59,580 nt of DNA, from the NCBI GenBank assembly GCA_002811645.1, contig PDIP01000030.1, positions 437,310 to 496,889 on the forward strand. The letters are read 5' to 3'. Of this stretch, positions 10,024 to 20,931 are shown one piece after another. The position numbers and the translations under genes are program-made. The notes under the pieces were generated by a model, which saw only the letters and a program-made list of their open reading frames with translations, made no database searches and had not been told where the DNA came from. The DNA is from Corallochytrium limacisporum Hawaii. Its lineage: Eukaryota; Protista; Pluriformea. Numbering within the stretch: position 1 is the stretch's first letter; the number at the start of each line of letters is the position of its first letter.

Positions 10024-10710
10024 ATGGCTGACTTCAATGAGGAAGTCGCGCGTGTGCACCTGCGGTATATCCTCAAGGGTGTGGATCCGCAAACAACCAG
10101 TGTAAAGCAAATCCGTGGAGAGCTTGCGGAGGCTATGGGAATAGACCTCACTGATCACAAAGAGACTGTGAAGCAGCTGGTTGTGGAGGCTTTTCACAGC
10201 AATAGCAATGGACTGTCACTCACATCAGCAACGGCGTCGCCAATTCCTAAACCTTCGGGGGCTGTGCCAGACATTGGTATTAAGTCCTCGAAAATTACGG
10301 GAATCACTAGGGCTAAGCCAAAGGCAAAAGCAAAGAAAAAGAAATCAAAGCCAAAGGCAAAGGCAAAGGCTAAAGGTAAACCCACCAAACAGCGCACGAA
10401 AATCGTTTATGTGGATTCGAACGGAGAACCGATTAAACGTCAAGCCACTGGAGGGCTGGCCAAGAAGATGCAGCCTTCGGAAACCCTAGCAGAAGTACTC
10501 GGGTCAAGCGAATTGGTTGGACGAGCCGAAGTAGTCAAGAGGATGTGGGAAATCATCCGCGAGCGAAACCTACAGAATCCAAGCGATCGGAGAGAAATAT
10601 TATGCGATGATACACTTAAGAAATTGTTTGGAGTCGACAAGGTTACTATCTTCGGCATGAACAAGTATCTTAGTAAGCATCTTAAGGATCCTGACCAACT
10701 GACAGGATAG
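10024..10710 (+). CDS. DEK_C + SWIB/MDM2 domain chromatin protein (UAF30/Spp27/Tri1-like)
   Basis: N-terminal ILKGVDPQTTSVKQIRGELAEAMGIDLTDHK (DEK_C); Lys/Ala-rich linker; C-terminal RAEVVKRMWEIIRERNLQNPSDRREILCDDTLKKLF...MNKYLSKHL (SWIB). First ATG at 10024. Confidence 0.9.
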   Translation: MADFNEEVARVHLRYILKGVDPQTTSVKQIRGELAEAMGIDLTDHKETVKQLVVEAFHSNSNGLSLTSATASPIPKPSGAVPDIGIKSSKITGITRAKPKAKAKKKKSKPKAKAKAKGKPTKQRTKIVYVDSNGEPIKRQATGGLAKKMQPSETLAEVLGSSELVGRAEVVKRMWEIIRERNLQNPSDRREILCDDTLKKLFGVDKVTIFGMNKYLSKHLKDPDQLTG

Positions 10711-10817
10711 GTGTACACACATTGTTGAAAAATTCTAGTAAAGTGGATCGCAAATATACTACTATTGCACTTAACATGTACATCTATATGAACTACTGTT
10801 TATTTTCAAGCATTGGT

Positions 10818-11939
10818 TTATCCGCCCTGTTCATTGGCGTGATGGTGTGCTGCGAGAATCCTATTGCATTCCTCGTAGACCGCAAAGGTGGTGGCCGAAG
10901 CAAGCGCACTCTTAATTACAGAAGCAGCCGTACCTTTGAAGAATCCAGGGATGCCCTCCTGTTTGAAAATGAAAATGATACAGTTCAGTAATCCAGTGTA
11001 ACGTTGTGTTCTACCAAAGTGGGCCCTTGCAGCCTCAAAGCCCTGAACCTGCAGGCGCTTCTTGACTACATCGAAAGGCATCATGATGGCCTTAGCTGAC
11101 GCACCAGCCGCGGCACCAGCCACAAGATTCTGTGCGGGCTCCGACCACTGAAACCCAAGGTTTCTGTCCCCTGCTTCTGCGAGATTCTTGGCCATGTTGA
11201 AGAACATGAATTGGAAGCCCATGTATGGGAAGATCTGCACTACTGCTGGTGTCACTCCCCGGTAAAAGGAACGCATTCCGTCCGCCCTAATCATTTCCCG
11301 CACAGCTTGATAATAACCACGGTAGACCAGATCATTGCCTTGACCTGCGAAGCGAGTGCGCAGGACGTCTAAAGGATACGACGCAACTGTCGCAGCAGCG
11401 CCTGCAACTCCTCCGCAAAAATAGCTCTCCTTGATTCCCAAGCGGCGGAACTGATTTTCATTCTTTAGTCGCGGCAGGATTAGCTGGCGAAGTTCGTGAT
11501 AGACTGCGAATTGTACGCCTCCGTAGAGGGCATACATTGCCATGGCACTCACATTGCCCTTCCAGAAAGCAGTAACACCTTCCTCAAGGTAGATTTTTCG
11601 TGTTGCATGCAATACTCCATGATAGTACCGTTGCGCTGGTACCGTTTTATGTCCAAATGCATGCAAGGGCTCTAACTGCAGTTGTAAGCGGATCTTTATG
11701 ACGTCGAATGGGGCCGTCGCCACCCGGGAGACCACACCTGCAGCCGCGCCAGCAAAGGCCGCTCCATATTTTCCGACGTAGTCTGTTGCTAACCGGCCTT
11801 TAGGAAGGTTTTCTGTTTCTATCGTTTTGGTTACTTGCTTCTGATCGTTGCTCCGCTGCAGCTTTGATCCGCTGCGCACTTGTACGGCCACCGTGGCTGA
11901 TGTTGCCGCAGCATTCGGTGACCGTGCCCGTTCTGACAT
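10818..11939 (-). CDS. TPC1: Mitochondrial carrier, thiamine pyrophosphate carrier type (TPC1/SLC25A19)
   Basis: Three carrier signatures PFDVIKIRLQLQ, PLDVLRTRFAGQG, PFDVVKKRLQVQGFE; AFWKGN and QIFPYMG typical of the SLC25A19/TPC1 subfamily. Confidence 0.85.
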   Translation of the reverse strand: MSERARSPNAAATSATVAVQVRSGSKLQRSNDQKQVTKTIETENLPKGRLATDYVGKYGAAFAGAAAGVVSRVATAPFDVIKIRLQLQLEPLHAFGHKTVPAQRYYHGVLHATRKIYLEEGVTAFWKGNVSAMAMYALYGGVQFAVYHELRQLILPRLKNENQFRRLGIKESYFCGGVAGAAATVASYPLDVLRTRFAGQGNDLVYRGYYQAVREMIRADGMRSFYRGVTPAVVQIFPYMGFQFMFFNMAKNLAEAGDRNLGFQWSEPAQNLVAGAAAGASAKAIMMPFDVVKKRLQVQGFEAARAHFGRTQRYTGLLNCIIFIFKQEGIPGFFKGTAASVIKSALASATTFAVYEECNRILAAHHHANEQGG

Positions 11940-13612
11940 TGGTCTATGTCTTGTTGAGTACTATCGTTACGGAAATCACTTACATGGTTACCACCGACAA
12001 ATAGAACGTCCTACAAACAGGTAGCTCTCGAATCACTATTCTTCACTGGAAGTCGGCATTCAGAAGGCACTCCATTACTGGGGCCTCTCCTTTCTGTTCA
12101 TCCTTGGTAGGCACCTAGTCAAGGCTGGTCATTCCCACTACGGCGCAGGATCGTTAAGGACCTTTCGCGCCTTCTAATGATCACTGTGGATGATGACATG
12201 GTGATCAACATAAAAATTAATTCAATACACCTTGGAAGCATGTAAACCGTAGCGTATCGGGAGGTTCGAACTCTCGGCTGTCCGTGCAGGGGCCTTCCCA
12301 CAGTCGCGCACCATTTCGCAGGCAGCAACCCCGCCCTCTCTCTCTTCTTCCCTGTGCAAGCCCCAAAGACCCGCAATTTCAACCCGCTTCAGCAGGCACT
12401 GAGTCACTAACCCGCACCTTCTGGCACACTGAGTCTTTCTATACGTCCATACCGGTACCAACCCAAGAAGAAATTATATTCAGCGTACTGGGAATATTTA
12501 CGGCCATATCGTACTTTGTGCCGCAGGAGCCGGTACCACGGTGCCTCCACCTTGCGACCGCGATGACGACAAAGCCCCCCCCCCCCCAAAAATGAAAGAC
12601 TTTGGTTTCCCTGCTTGGGCTACTTTCCCTTGTTGGAGCACAACCACATTTGTTTTTGCAATTTTTGCAATGTCACACTACCAACCCAGGAAGATGACAG
12701 AAGCCTGAAGCGACCCATTCATTCGACCGGCCAGGTGTGAGCTCTGCAACCACACTGGACAACGCTTGGGTCGCATCACTTAGGTGAAAACGGGAAAATA
12801 TGGGGGCGGCAAACCCCTCGTTGGAGTACCACCGGTTGTTGTCGGGCAGCGGACTATGCTGGATGAACCCATCTTGAGCAATGGGGGCCCAGAAGGGGAG
12901 GGATTCCCGGTTTCAACGGCAGGGGAAACCAAGCAAAGGCCCCTCCTCCCCCGGGGGGGGGGGGATGCCTTCTTGGAAAGACATAAAACTGAAACCCCTA
13001 TAATTTCATTTCTTAATACTAAACCACACTACCCCTACCCCGCGGCAAGGGGATTGCGGTAGGGTATAGGTGGGAAATGATCACCCTGTGTTAATTTGGT
13101 ATGAGAGTGACATGACATATACTAAATTTGCCTGAAAAGCCAGCGGAGCGCCATGTTTTCCATAACTACTTTGTTACATAGTCTCCAGGGCTGGGGAGTT
13201 TCACGCAAGGGCCCACCGGAGCAAACGGTACCACAGGAAGACCGATAAACTCTGCGAGAGGCCTGCTCGCTGTTGTGCCTCCCCTTTGGTACCGCAAAAG
13301 GGCTCACCGTCCCGAGTTTATCAGCGCTGCTCGGCCATGCTATGTCCTAGGCTAGGAGAGCAGGAATCAAACTCTGTGCACCTCAGCGGGCTGTGTCTTT
13401 TGGCGGGTACGTGGTAGTGCTTCTACTAGAACTTGGCAGTGTGGAAAAGCGGTGACATTGTATTAGGTATTTTCTTCCAAAGATATGCAATCATGCGCCA
13501 GCAAGGCTCAAGCACGAAACAAAACAGGCCGTGGGCTAAGGTTGAATCTTGCTTGAGTCTCTGCGGAGGGTAGCGACAAAAATGATATCGTAGACGCCAG
13601 CAAAAGGGCACT

Positions 13613-16600
13613 ATGGAGTTTAAGTACCAACAGTCAGAGTTGGGCGAGCGAGAGGCGGATGCTTTGGTCAGCTGTACCCCACAGGTCATCGTTGGGGAAG
13701 CCAATCTAGTTGCTGCGTATGTGCGGCGCCAAAGCAGATGGCCGACCCCAGAGCGGACAGAATCGTTTGTTCACTTAAATGACCTGTCCCATTTGCGCCA
13801 TGAACTTGCTGTCGTGGGCAACGTGCAAGACATAGGCCTAATTGCTGTCTTGCAGCCTTTTGTTGAAGTGATTCGGTCCGAATTCACTGCAGGGCCAAGT
13901 ACAGGTTGTGCATTGGGATCCATTGACAAGTTTATCTCTTATGGGCTGCTAGATCTTCCCGATATCAGTGTAGCAGATGTTGCCGACGCTGTACAGCTCA
14001 TTGCAGATGGTGTGACGCATACAAGATTTCAAGCAACAGACGTTAGCAGCGATGAGGTGGTATTGTTGAAGATTCTCAAAGTGTTGAGGAATCTGCTGCT
14101 GAGCCACAATGGTAGTTTCCTGACAGACATGGCAGTGTGTGAGCTGATGCAGACATGTTTCCGTATTTGCTTCCAAACCAAACTATCTGAGCTGCTCAGA
14201 GAAAGCGCGGAGCAGGTTGTGACGGACATGGTGTTCCACTTGTTTAGGCGCCTGCCTCATTTGCACGACAATGACATCGGAGATCGCGGTATGGGTACTG
14301 CTGAGAATGCGATGCGTATGGCAAGTGCAAATGAATCCATGTTGCAAGGCCAAGACACAGAAGAAAAGGAAATTATTGAGGACATGAGAGCATCAGACTC
14401 CCACATGGATCCCACGCCTGTGGAGCAGCAACCTGAGAATAACTTAGAGGCTGACACGCCTACGCCTTCGGGAGATATAGAAATTCTATCTGCTGAGGTT
14501 GCCCAACCATCTACTGAGACCGCAGAGCAAGCTCAAGGTGAACCAGCGCCGGGAACACCCGTTCCGGAGGGCACTGTCGAAGAATCCGCGGTAGGCACAC
14601 CCGAGAGGCTCAAGGCTGTGTCTGACGCGTTCGAAACACATTCAGAGGGCCATAATGAATTGTCAGAAAGAGAAAGGGAGCATATGATCCAGGACACCAT
14701 CAACCCAGAAACTAGCTCAATTACAATGCACTCTTTGTTGGTCGAAGAGAAGGGACGGGAGGAGAAGATTCCATACGGTATGCCGTGTGTGGCGGAAATT
14801 TTCAGGTTCATTGTTTCAATCACCAACATTCGAGACTCTCACAATAATGAGGCAATGATCAACATTGGCCTGCGTCTGCTGATCACAATTTTCGAGGCCA
14901 GTGCGAACGCGATCGCAGAACGCGCCTATCTGATGCGACTGATCCAGGTCTATCTCTCCCGATACATCGTGACCATTCTAAAGAAGGCAGGGCGGCTCCA
15001 GACCTTCACATTGGCTCTGCGTTTGGGACATATTTTGTTCTGTAATTATCGACGGGAACTGAAACTGCAGATGGAAAGCATGCTGCTGATTCTCATCGAG
15101 CGGATAGCCAATGTAGAACGCCAACAAGAGTTCAGCGAGACTGCACTTGAAATGATTGCTAGTCTCTGCCGCATTCGGTATCTTATGGCAGAGCTATACC
15201 TGAACTATGATTGCAGTATTAACTGTGCCGACCTGTTCGAAACTTTGGTTAAATTCTTGTCCAAGATTGCGTACCCGGGCGGAGGCGTGCTCACAAACTT
15301 CAATACTCTCGCATTGGATGCTTTGTTGGCTATCATTGAACAAATTAAGGCCCAGTGCACTTCAGCAGATGAGAATCTGGAGACAATTTATGGAGTGGTC
15401 AATGATAACAACACTGAGGAATTGCCGTCTTTGGAAGATCTGAAGCACATCAAGCGGCGAAAGAAGGTTTTGAAGACGGGAGCAGAGCAATTTGAGTACT
15501 CCGCAAAGAAAGGCATCAAGTTTTTGCAAGACAAAGGTATTTTATCCAATCCTCTGCCCGATGCTGAATGTGTCGAATTCTTGAGGACCAATCCGCGCTT
15601 GAACAAGGCCAAGATCGGTGAGTACATCGGTGATCGCCACCGCACAGATCTACTCAAAGTTTTCTGCGAAAGCTTCCATTTTGAAGGTCTTCGATTGGAT
15701 GAAGCTGTGCGTGCGTTCCTAGAGGCTTTCCGTTTACCGGGAGAAGCTCAAATTATTGATCGTATTATGGACGCCTTTGCGGAACGGTATTTCAGCCAGA
15801 ACAAGGCCACGACGGTCATCAAATCTCGAGATGCCACCTATGTTCTCGCGTTTTCAATCATTATGCTGAATACGGATCAGCACAATCCCATGCTGAAGAA
15901 ACGTATGAGTGCCGAAGACTTCATTCGCAACAATCGTGGCCAAAACGAGAAAGAGAACTTCCCGGAGGCCCTACTGAGGGAGATATACAGAGCAATCAAG
16001 GAGAATGAGATCAAGATGCAGGAAGAGCATGAAGGAGAGGAGAGCGAAGCTTACATCTGGGATGTCATGCTGCAAAGATCTGAGGGCGAGGACGGTATGT
16101 ACAAGCGTGTCCACTCCAATATCTATGACCACGACATCTTCTTGAGCATGTGGGGGGCAGCAATTGCGGCTATTTCGTATGTTTTTGAGCACGCTCCGGA
16201 TCAAGCCATGGCTGACAGGGCATTGGAAGGGCTCAATGACAGTGCGATTGTCTCTGGTCACTATGCCATGTATGATGTATTTGACAATATGATCATCTCC
16301 CTCTGCAAGTTTGCTCATCTGAAGGAGTCACCTGATGGTCGTAGATTTTCAATTTGGTTTGGGCATCAGTTCAAGGCTCAGGTCGCCACGAGAACCCTTA
16401 TGTCTCTAACCCGGGATTACGGGGACACCATGCGTGAGGCGTGGAAGAATGTGCTGCAAGCTATTCTGTTCCTGTATGAGCAGAATTTGCTGCCAGAATC
16501 CCTGTTGGTCGTGCCAGACTACCTCGCTACTGACGGTAAAGTGAGCATTAAGAAACGTGAGAAGCCAAGGGACAAGCAACGGGAGTCTGGCCTACTTTCT

Positions 16601-18295
16601 ACATTGTCATATCTTCTCATGGCCAATGAGAATGAGACAGATCAGCTTACAGAACAAGATCGAGAGGCCATTGCCAGGACGGAAGCGTGTATTGGGTCCG
16701 GCCACGTCGAAGAGCTGTTATCAGAGTCTCGATTCCTGCATGAGGACTCTCTGCTTTTCTTCATCAAAGCCTTGATTAACAATTCTACTGGAAGCCCGGC
16801 AGATGTCAAGTCTCCCAGTGACGCAACCACTCCAGAGCCTGCGGCTGAGGATGGAGAAGTCCGCAATGGTATGCAACCTGGTCCCACAGAGGTGCCCAGT
16901 CCGTCTCCCATGCTTAACGAGGATCGCGCAATCTTTAGCCTTGAGGTACTGGTCATGGTGGCCTTGGACAACCGTGATCGCATCGCGATCATTGCGCAGA
17001 GCATTTATGATCACTTAGATCGTATTATCAATGCGCCATTCCCTGCCAGGGTACACGGACAGGATTCCAACGAATTGCCACCTGGTATGCGTTTGAAGCT
17101 TCGTGCCATAACGGGTGTTGTTCGTCTTGCAAACCGGTTTGCACACAAATCAGAAATGAGGCGATACCTGGTGTCTTCCCTTCGCATGCTGGCGAATTTA
17201 AAGCCTGACGTATGGCATAGGGCTGCCCCTTACATTGCTGCTGGGTTGACACAATTGATATCTAGCGAGGGAGGGGACATTGACAATGATGAATTGTGGA
17301 GCGTTATCTTCACCCTTATCGAGCATGTCGCTGCGGACGAGCGTGCTCGACCCATGGGCATGGACTGCTTGCATCTTATCGTTAGTGATGGACGGGCCGT
17401 TGTACGCTCTGAAACAGTGATGATCGGTTGCTTGCATGCAGTTGGTCATTTTGTACAACCCACTGAGCGAGAGCTGATGCGTAGTCAACAGATGCAGCAG
17501 CGAGACTTGCAGTCGAGAAAGGTACTCAAGCCAGCTGAAGCGGATCATGCACAGCTGGTAAGCGCCAGGGCAATGCAAATCTTGTACATTTTGCATGCTC
17601 TCATTCCCCAGCTGCTAGAAAACACGCTCGGGAAAGGGGCGGCCCAGGACGATGATCGGTCACGTCACCAACTGCGGTCTAGAGCATGGGAGGAGTACTG
17701 GAGCATCAGTTTCAAGTATTTGGCGGGTGGATGTACTTCCAGTCACAAACTGCTACGGGACCACGCTCTGACCTACATGCAGCGTTCTCTTCTCATGCAT
17801 GAGATTGACTTTGAGCCCAAACAGTGGGAACAGTGCTTCATTGATATTCTCTTCCCAATGATGAACAAGATGATGAAGCCTGATCTACTAGGGGATGATC
17901 TCATGGGCGCAGAAGAGACGAGAGTGCGCGCAACAGCCTTGCTGTGCAAGACCTTCCTCCAGCGCATGCAGCCATTGTCCTTGCTGCCGTCATTCAAAAG
18001 GGTGTGGATTGCCATTCTTGACATTCTTGAGAAGTTCATGAGAATGGAACGCAACGATATGCTACATGAGGCTGTTCCGGAGTCCATGAAAAACATGCTG
18101 CTGGTCGTCCACACCAGTGGAGTCTTTACATCCCACCAGCAGCTGTATGGCGACCAAGAGGATTTGTGGCCGGTGACTTGGAGACGGGTCGATGTCTTCC
18201 TGCCAGGCCTGAGGCAAGAACTTTTCGATCAGGCACCTGGAGCCACGCCTCCACCGGCATCCCCAGCAGTTGGTAACGTACCTGCCACTGAGTAA
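13613..18295 (+). CDS. GBF1: Large Sec7-domain Arf guanine nucleotide exchange factor, GBF1/Gea type
   Basis: LQPFVEVIRS..TAGP, F.ATD.SSDEVVL (DCB); LYLNYDC (HUS box); FRLPGEAQIIDR with catalytic Glu; IIMLNTDQHNP; C-terminal EETRVRA and EAVPESMKNMLLV. Confidence 0.95.
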   Translation: MEFKYQQSELGEREADALVSCTPQVIVGEANLVAAYVRRQSRWPTPERTESFVHLNDLSHLRHELAVVGNVQDIGLIAVLQPFVEVIRSEFTAGPSTGCALGSIDKFISYGLLDLPDISVADVADAVQLIADGVTHTRFQATDVSSDEVVLLKILKVLRNLLLSHNGSFLTDMAVCELMQTCFRICFQTKLSELLRESAEQVVTDMVFHLFRRLPHLHDNDIGDRGMGTAENAMRMASANESMLQGQDTEEKEIIEDMRASDSHMDPTPVEQQPENNLEADTPTPSGDIEILSAEVAQPSTETAEQAQGEPAPGTPVPEGTVEESAVGTPERLKAVSDAFETHSEGHNELSEREREHMIQDTINPETSSITMHSLLVEEKGREEKIPYGMPCVAEIFRFIVSITNIRDSHNNEAMINIGLRLLITIFEASANAIAERAYLMRLIQVYLSRYIVTILKKAGRLQTFTLALRLGHILFCNYRRELKLQMESMLLILIERIANVERQQEFSETALEMIASLCRIRYLMAELYLNYDCSINCADLFETLVKFLSKIAYPGGGVLTNFNTLALDALLAIIEQIKAQCTSADENLETIYGVVNDNNTEELPSLEDLKHIKRRKKVLKTGAEQFEYSAKKGIKFLQDKGILSNPLPDAECVEFLRTNPRLNKAKIGEYIGDRHRTDLLKVFCESFHFEGLRLDEAVRAFLEAFRLPGEAQIIDRIMDAFAERYFSQNKATTVIKSRDATYVLAFSIIMLNTDQHNPMLKKRMSAEDFIRNNRGQNEKENFPEALLREIYRAIKENEIKMQEEHEGEESEAYIWDVMLQRSEGEDGMYKRVHSNIYDHDIFLSMWGAAIAAISYVFEHAPDQAMADRALEGLNDSAIVSGHYAMYDVFDNMIISLCKFAHLKESPDGRRFSIWFGHQFKAQVATRTLMSLTRDYGDTMREAWKNVLQAILFLYEQNLLPESLLVVPDYLATDGKVSIKKREKPRDKQRESGLLSTLSYLLMANENETDQLTEQDREAIARTEACIGSGHVEELLSESRFLHEDSLLFFIKALINNSTGSPADVKSPSDATTPEPAAEDGEVRNGMQPGPTEVPSPSPMLNEDRAIFSLEVLVMVALDNRDRIAIIAQSIYDHLDRIINAPFPARVHGQDSNELPPGMRLKLRAITGVVRLANRFAHKSEMRRYLVSSLRMLANLKPDVWHRAAPYIAAGLTQLISSEGGDIDNDELWSVIFTLIEHVAADERARPMGMDCLHLIVSDGRAVVRSETVMIGCLHAVGHFVQPTERELMRSQQMQQRDLQSRKVLKPAEADHAQLVSARAMQILYILHALIPQLLENTLGKGAAQDDDRSRHQLRSRAWEEYWSISFKYLAGGCTSSHKLLRDHALTYMQRSLLMHEIDFEPKQWEQCFIDILFPMMNKMMKPDLLGDDLMGAEETRVRATALLCKTFLQRMQPLSLLPSFKRVWIAILDILEKFMRMERNDMLHEAVPESMKNMLLVVHTSGVFTSHQQLYGDQEDLWPVTWRRVDVFLPGLRQELFDQAPGATPPPASPAVGNVPATE

Positions 18296-18765
18296 ATGAT
18301 GATTATTGCGAGAAATTTAGTAGAATAGGTAGTATCGCTCGGAACACATCTTCGATATCACCACTGTGCACTTAGCCGTTGGCCAGACTTGTCAGGTTCC
18401 CCCGCCTTCCGAATAGTGCAGCACCCTCGGATTCCGCCCTAGTAGAACCTCTCACACGATCCGTTCAACCGTCGCTACGTCTCTAAGCCAGAAATTGATA
18501 TACCTGTACGAAACTTCGGCATTTTCTTAAGGCCGTTCCAGTCCCCGGTCTCCTGCTATCTCCCGGGAGCCAAGAAGCCCTCCCTCTCCTGTGGGCCCCC
18601 CCGTCGAAGCGCAGACAACGCCAAGAGACTGAAGGGCAAGAGGCGGGCTGCTCTCGCAGCCAGTCCCGCCACCGACGCGCCCCAAGTTGACGTCACAGGT
18701 AGAAAGAAGTAGGTTACAGCGATCTTAATATATTAGCTCGTATTACAATCGGGTCCAGCGTACCA

Positions 18766-20538
18766 TTATTTCTTGCGACCACCACGTTCCTTAACAGTTA
18801 CGCTCATGACCGTATCTTCCTTTACGTTCACAGCAGCTAAACTCTGTGCATCCTTTGTAAACACCCCGTTCACCTGGATCTTCTGCTTGGTGTGAGGCAT
18901 GTGAGTCTCCGCAAAAATCACATCTTTGACCTTGGCAAATGTATCTGTGCCTGCGAACGTGCTTTTGATTGTCTGACCTTTGCATTGCCATCCGCGCTTG
19001 TCGTCCTCGCTGAGGTTCGGCATCACCAGACTGACGACGAATGGTCCTGGATGCAGTTCCAACCAGTGGGCTTCAGGGGTGAGACCCTTAGCTATCATTT
19101 GACCGGAAGTTTCATTCTTGGCCGCTTCCAGTGTAGTCTTCTGCCGCTTGTCCTCTGATCCATCTCTTTGTGGCCACATAGGAGTCGTCTCCTCTTCCTG
19201 ATGCTTACGTTTCGCAATTTGCCGGGCCATCTCTTTGGCTTGTCTAGCAGTGCCCTTGCGCCCGTCCCACAGCACCACAGCTGGCTTGGGAGGCACTGTC
19301 GGCTCTGAGTCACCAGCATCCATGACATCTCGCTTCCGGGAAGCTAAGTTGCGCAGATTCTCGGCAATGTGATCGCCCGAGGCCAAAACATCGCCACCAA
19401 CCTCACGATTGGCCTTTGCCCGGGCCTGCTGCTCAGCCCAGCGTGGATCAAGCAATTCAATACGTAGGTGCTCCTCTAGCTCGCTCTTGGCCACGGCATG
19501 ACCACAGTTTGGACATCTTACCAACGTCTTTGTATCCTTTAAGGAGCTTTCCTTTGCTGTCTTAGGATCATAGTCAGCAACAATCCGGGTGCCCCTATCG
19601 TCGGGTTTGATTTCTGCCCCTTCTGGCACATCCTGGAGCGCGGTGGCTGAGAAATGAATGGTCCCGGGAAGTACCTCGCGGTCCTTAATCGCTACTAACG
19701 TCACAGGAGGTAGATCTCCTACAGAGTTGTATGGTGGCAGCAAATCCACATCATCCGTGTCGTCAAAGGCTATGGTAGCCACGATTTCATAGTCATTCCA
19801 GTCAATAGTACCATCTCCTAGAGCGGGCACATCCGGTTCATTGCGGTCACTTCGTGATGCTGCTGCCTTCTCTTCTTTGGCGTTTTGCCTCTGTTCGTAA
19901 AGCACCTGCGCTCGATTTCTTATGTATTCAACCATGTGACGGCGTCGGTCCTTCCGCGGCAGGCTCAGAAAATCAAGAATCCGTGGGTCGTTGTTCATGA
20001 TTTGTCGATAGTGTTCAGTAACTTGCCGAAACAATGTGTGCGCACCGCTGCTTGATGGTCCACCATCTTCGAAAGCAAAGGCTAACGATGAGGAGGCACC
20101 TTTCTCAGTCTCTCGCAATCTTTCCACAAAGTTATCACCATGAGCCGCTGTAAATTGGGCCAAGAGCTTGACGACTTCCCAGTCGAGTTCACCGAGGTTT
20201 CCGAGTTCAAGCTGAAAGTCCCCGTTTCCCACAGGAATATGCGTAATTCGACTCTTTTGTATTGATACCTCGTCTTCCTGTATGTTAGTTTTGGTTTCCT
20301 GAGGGCCTTTTCCATCCGAATCCTGACGATTAGGTTTTCCACGGCCCGTCCGAAACTCGTGGATCATGTGCTGGTAGTAATCATGATATGGATCCTCTGC
20401 GTCGAGAAATCGGAACTTCTTGCCAGTCACATCGGTACTACGAATCTTTTCCTCAAACTGCGGGCCATTACGAGCAACAAATTCTGCCGTTTTGTCAACA
20501 GCGGCTCGAATATTTGGTGGGGGATAGATTAATGTCAT
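18766..20538 (-). CDS. SF3A1: U2 snRNP splicing factor 3A subunit 1 (Prp21/SF3a120)
   Basis: IYPPP..R..VDKTAEFVARNGPQFEEKI (SURP1), divergent SURP2, IDWNDY.IV.TI.F, CPNCG...EEHLRIELLDPRW, C-terminal ubiquitin-like domain ending KERGGRKK. Confidence 0.93.
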   Translation of the reverse strand: MTLIYPPPNIRAAVDKTAEFVARNGPQFEEKIRSTDVTGKKFRFLDAEDPYHDYYQHMIHEFRTGRGKPNRQDSDGKGPQETKTNIQEDEVSIQKSRITHIPVGNGDFQLELGNLGELDWEVVKLLAQFTAAHGDNFVERLRETEKGASSSLAFAFEDGGPSSSGAHTLFRQVTEHYRQIMNNDPRILDFLSLPRKDRRRHMVEYIRNRAQVLYEQRQNAKEEKAAASRSDRNEPDVPALGDGTIDWNDYEIVATIAFDDTDDVDLLPPYNSVGDLPPVTLVAIKDREVLPGTIHFSATALQDVPEGAEIKPDDRGTRIVADYDPKTAKESSLKDTKTLVRCPNCGHAVAKSELEEHLRIELLDPRWAEQQARAKANREVGGDVLASGDHIAENLRNLASRKRDVMDAGDSEPTVPPKPAVVLWDGRKGTARQAKEMARQIAKRKHQEEETTPMWPQRDGSEDKRQKTTLEAAKNETSGQMIAKGLTPEAHWLELHPGPFVVSLVMPNLSEDDKRGWQCKGQTIKSTFAGTDTFAKVKDVIFAETHMPHTKQKIQVNGVFTKDAQSLAAVNVKEDTVMSVTVKERGGRKK

Positions 20539-20931
20539 CTTGGTTGAGCACGTAACATGTTGACCAACGTAGTCACCCGATACTAGTCAATTTGTGCATT
20601 CTGCAAATTCCCACAATAGGCCTTATTTCTGGTTTCATTCACTTGCACGCTCATGCGGCTGCAATGAATTGAAACTACAAGTCCGTGCCGCCTTTATAGT
20701 ACCTTTCTCACGTAGAACCCGATCGGCGCTGCAGACTCTCCACATTAAGTCGTGCGGCCTCATCCCTAGGGGTGGGGTGGGGGGTTAGACCCGGAAGGGG
20801 GACTGCGACTCTCGAAAGCTCCGCGGTCTCTCGCTCAGTCGTGTGGTTATTTCAAGGGAGACCTCCTCATGATCTTAATGCGTAGGAGATCAGCTCAGTT
20901 TAGTGACGAACAATGAACAAGACTATATACA

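Noticed and set aside
18300-18720. GC-rich spacer between convergent GBF1 and SF3A1 as a structured ncRNA (RNase MRP-like AGTCCCCGG)
   Set aside because: The conserved GAAA prefix and the 3' pairing motif are absent; it needs an Rfam/Infernal scan.
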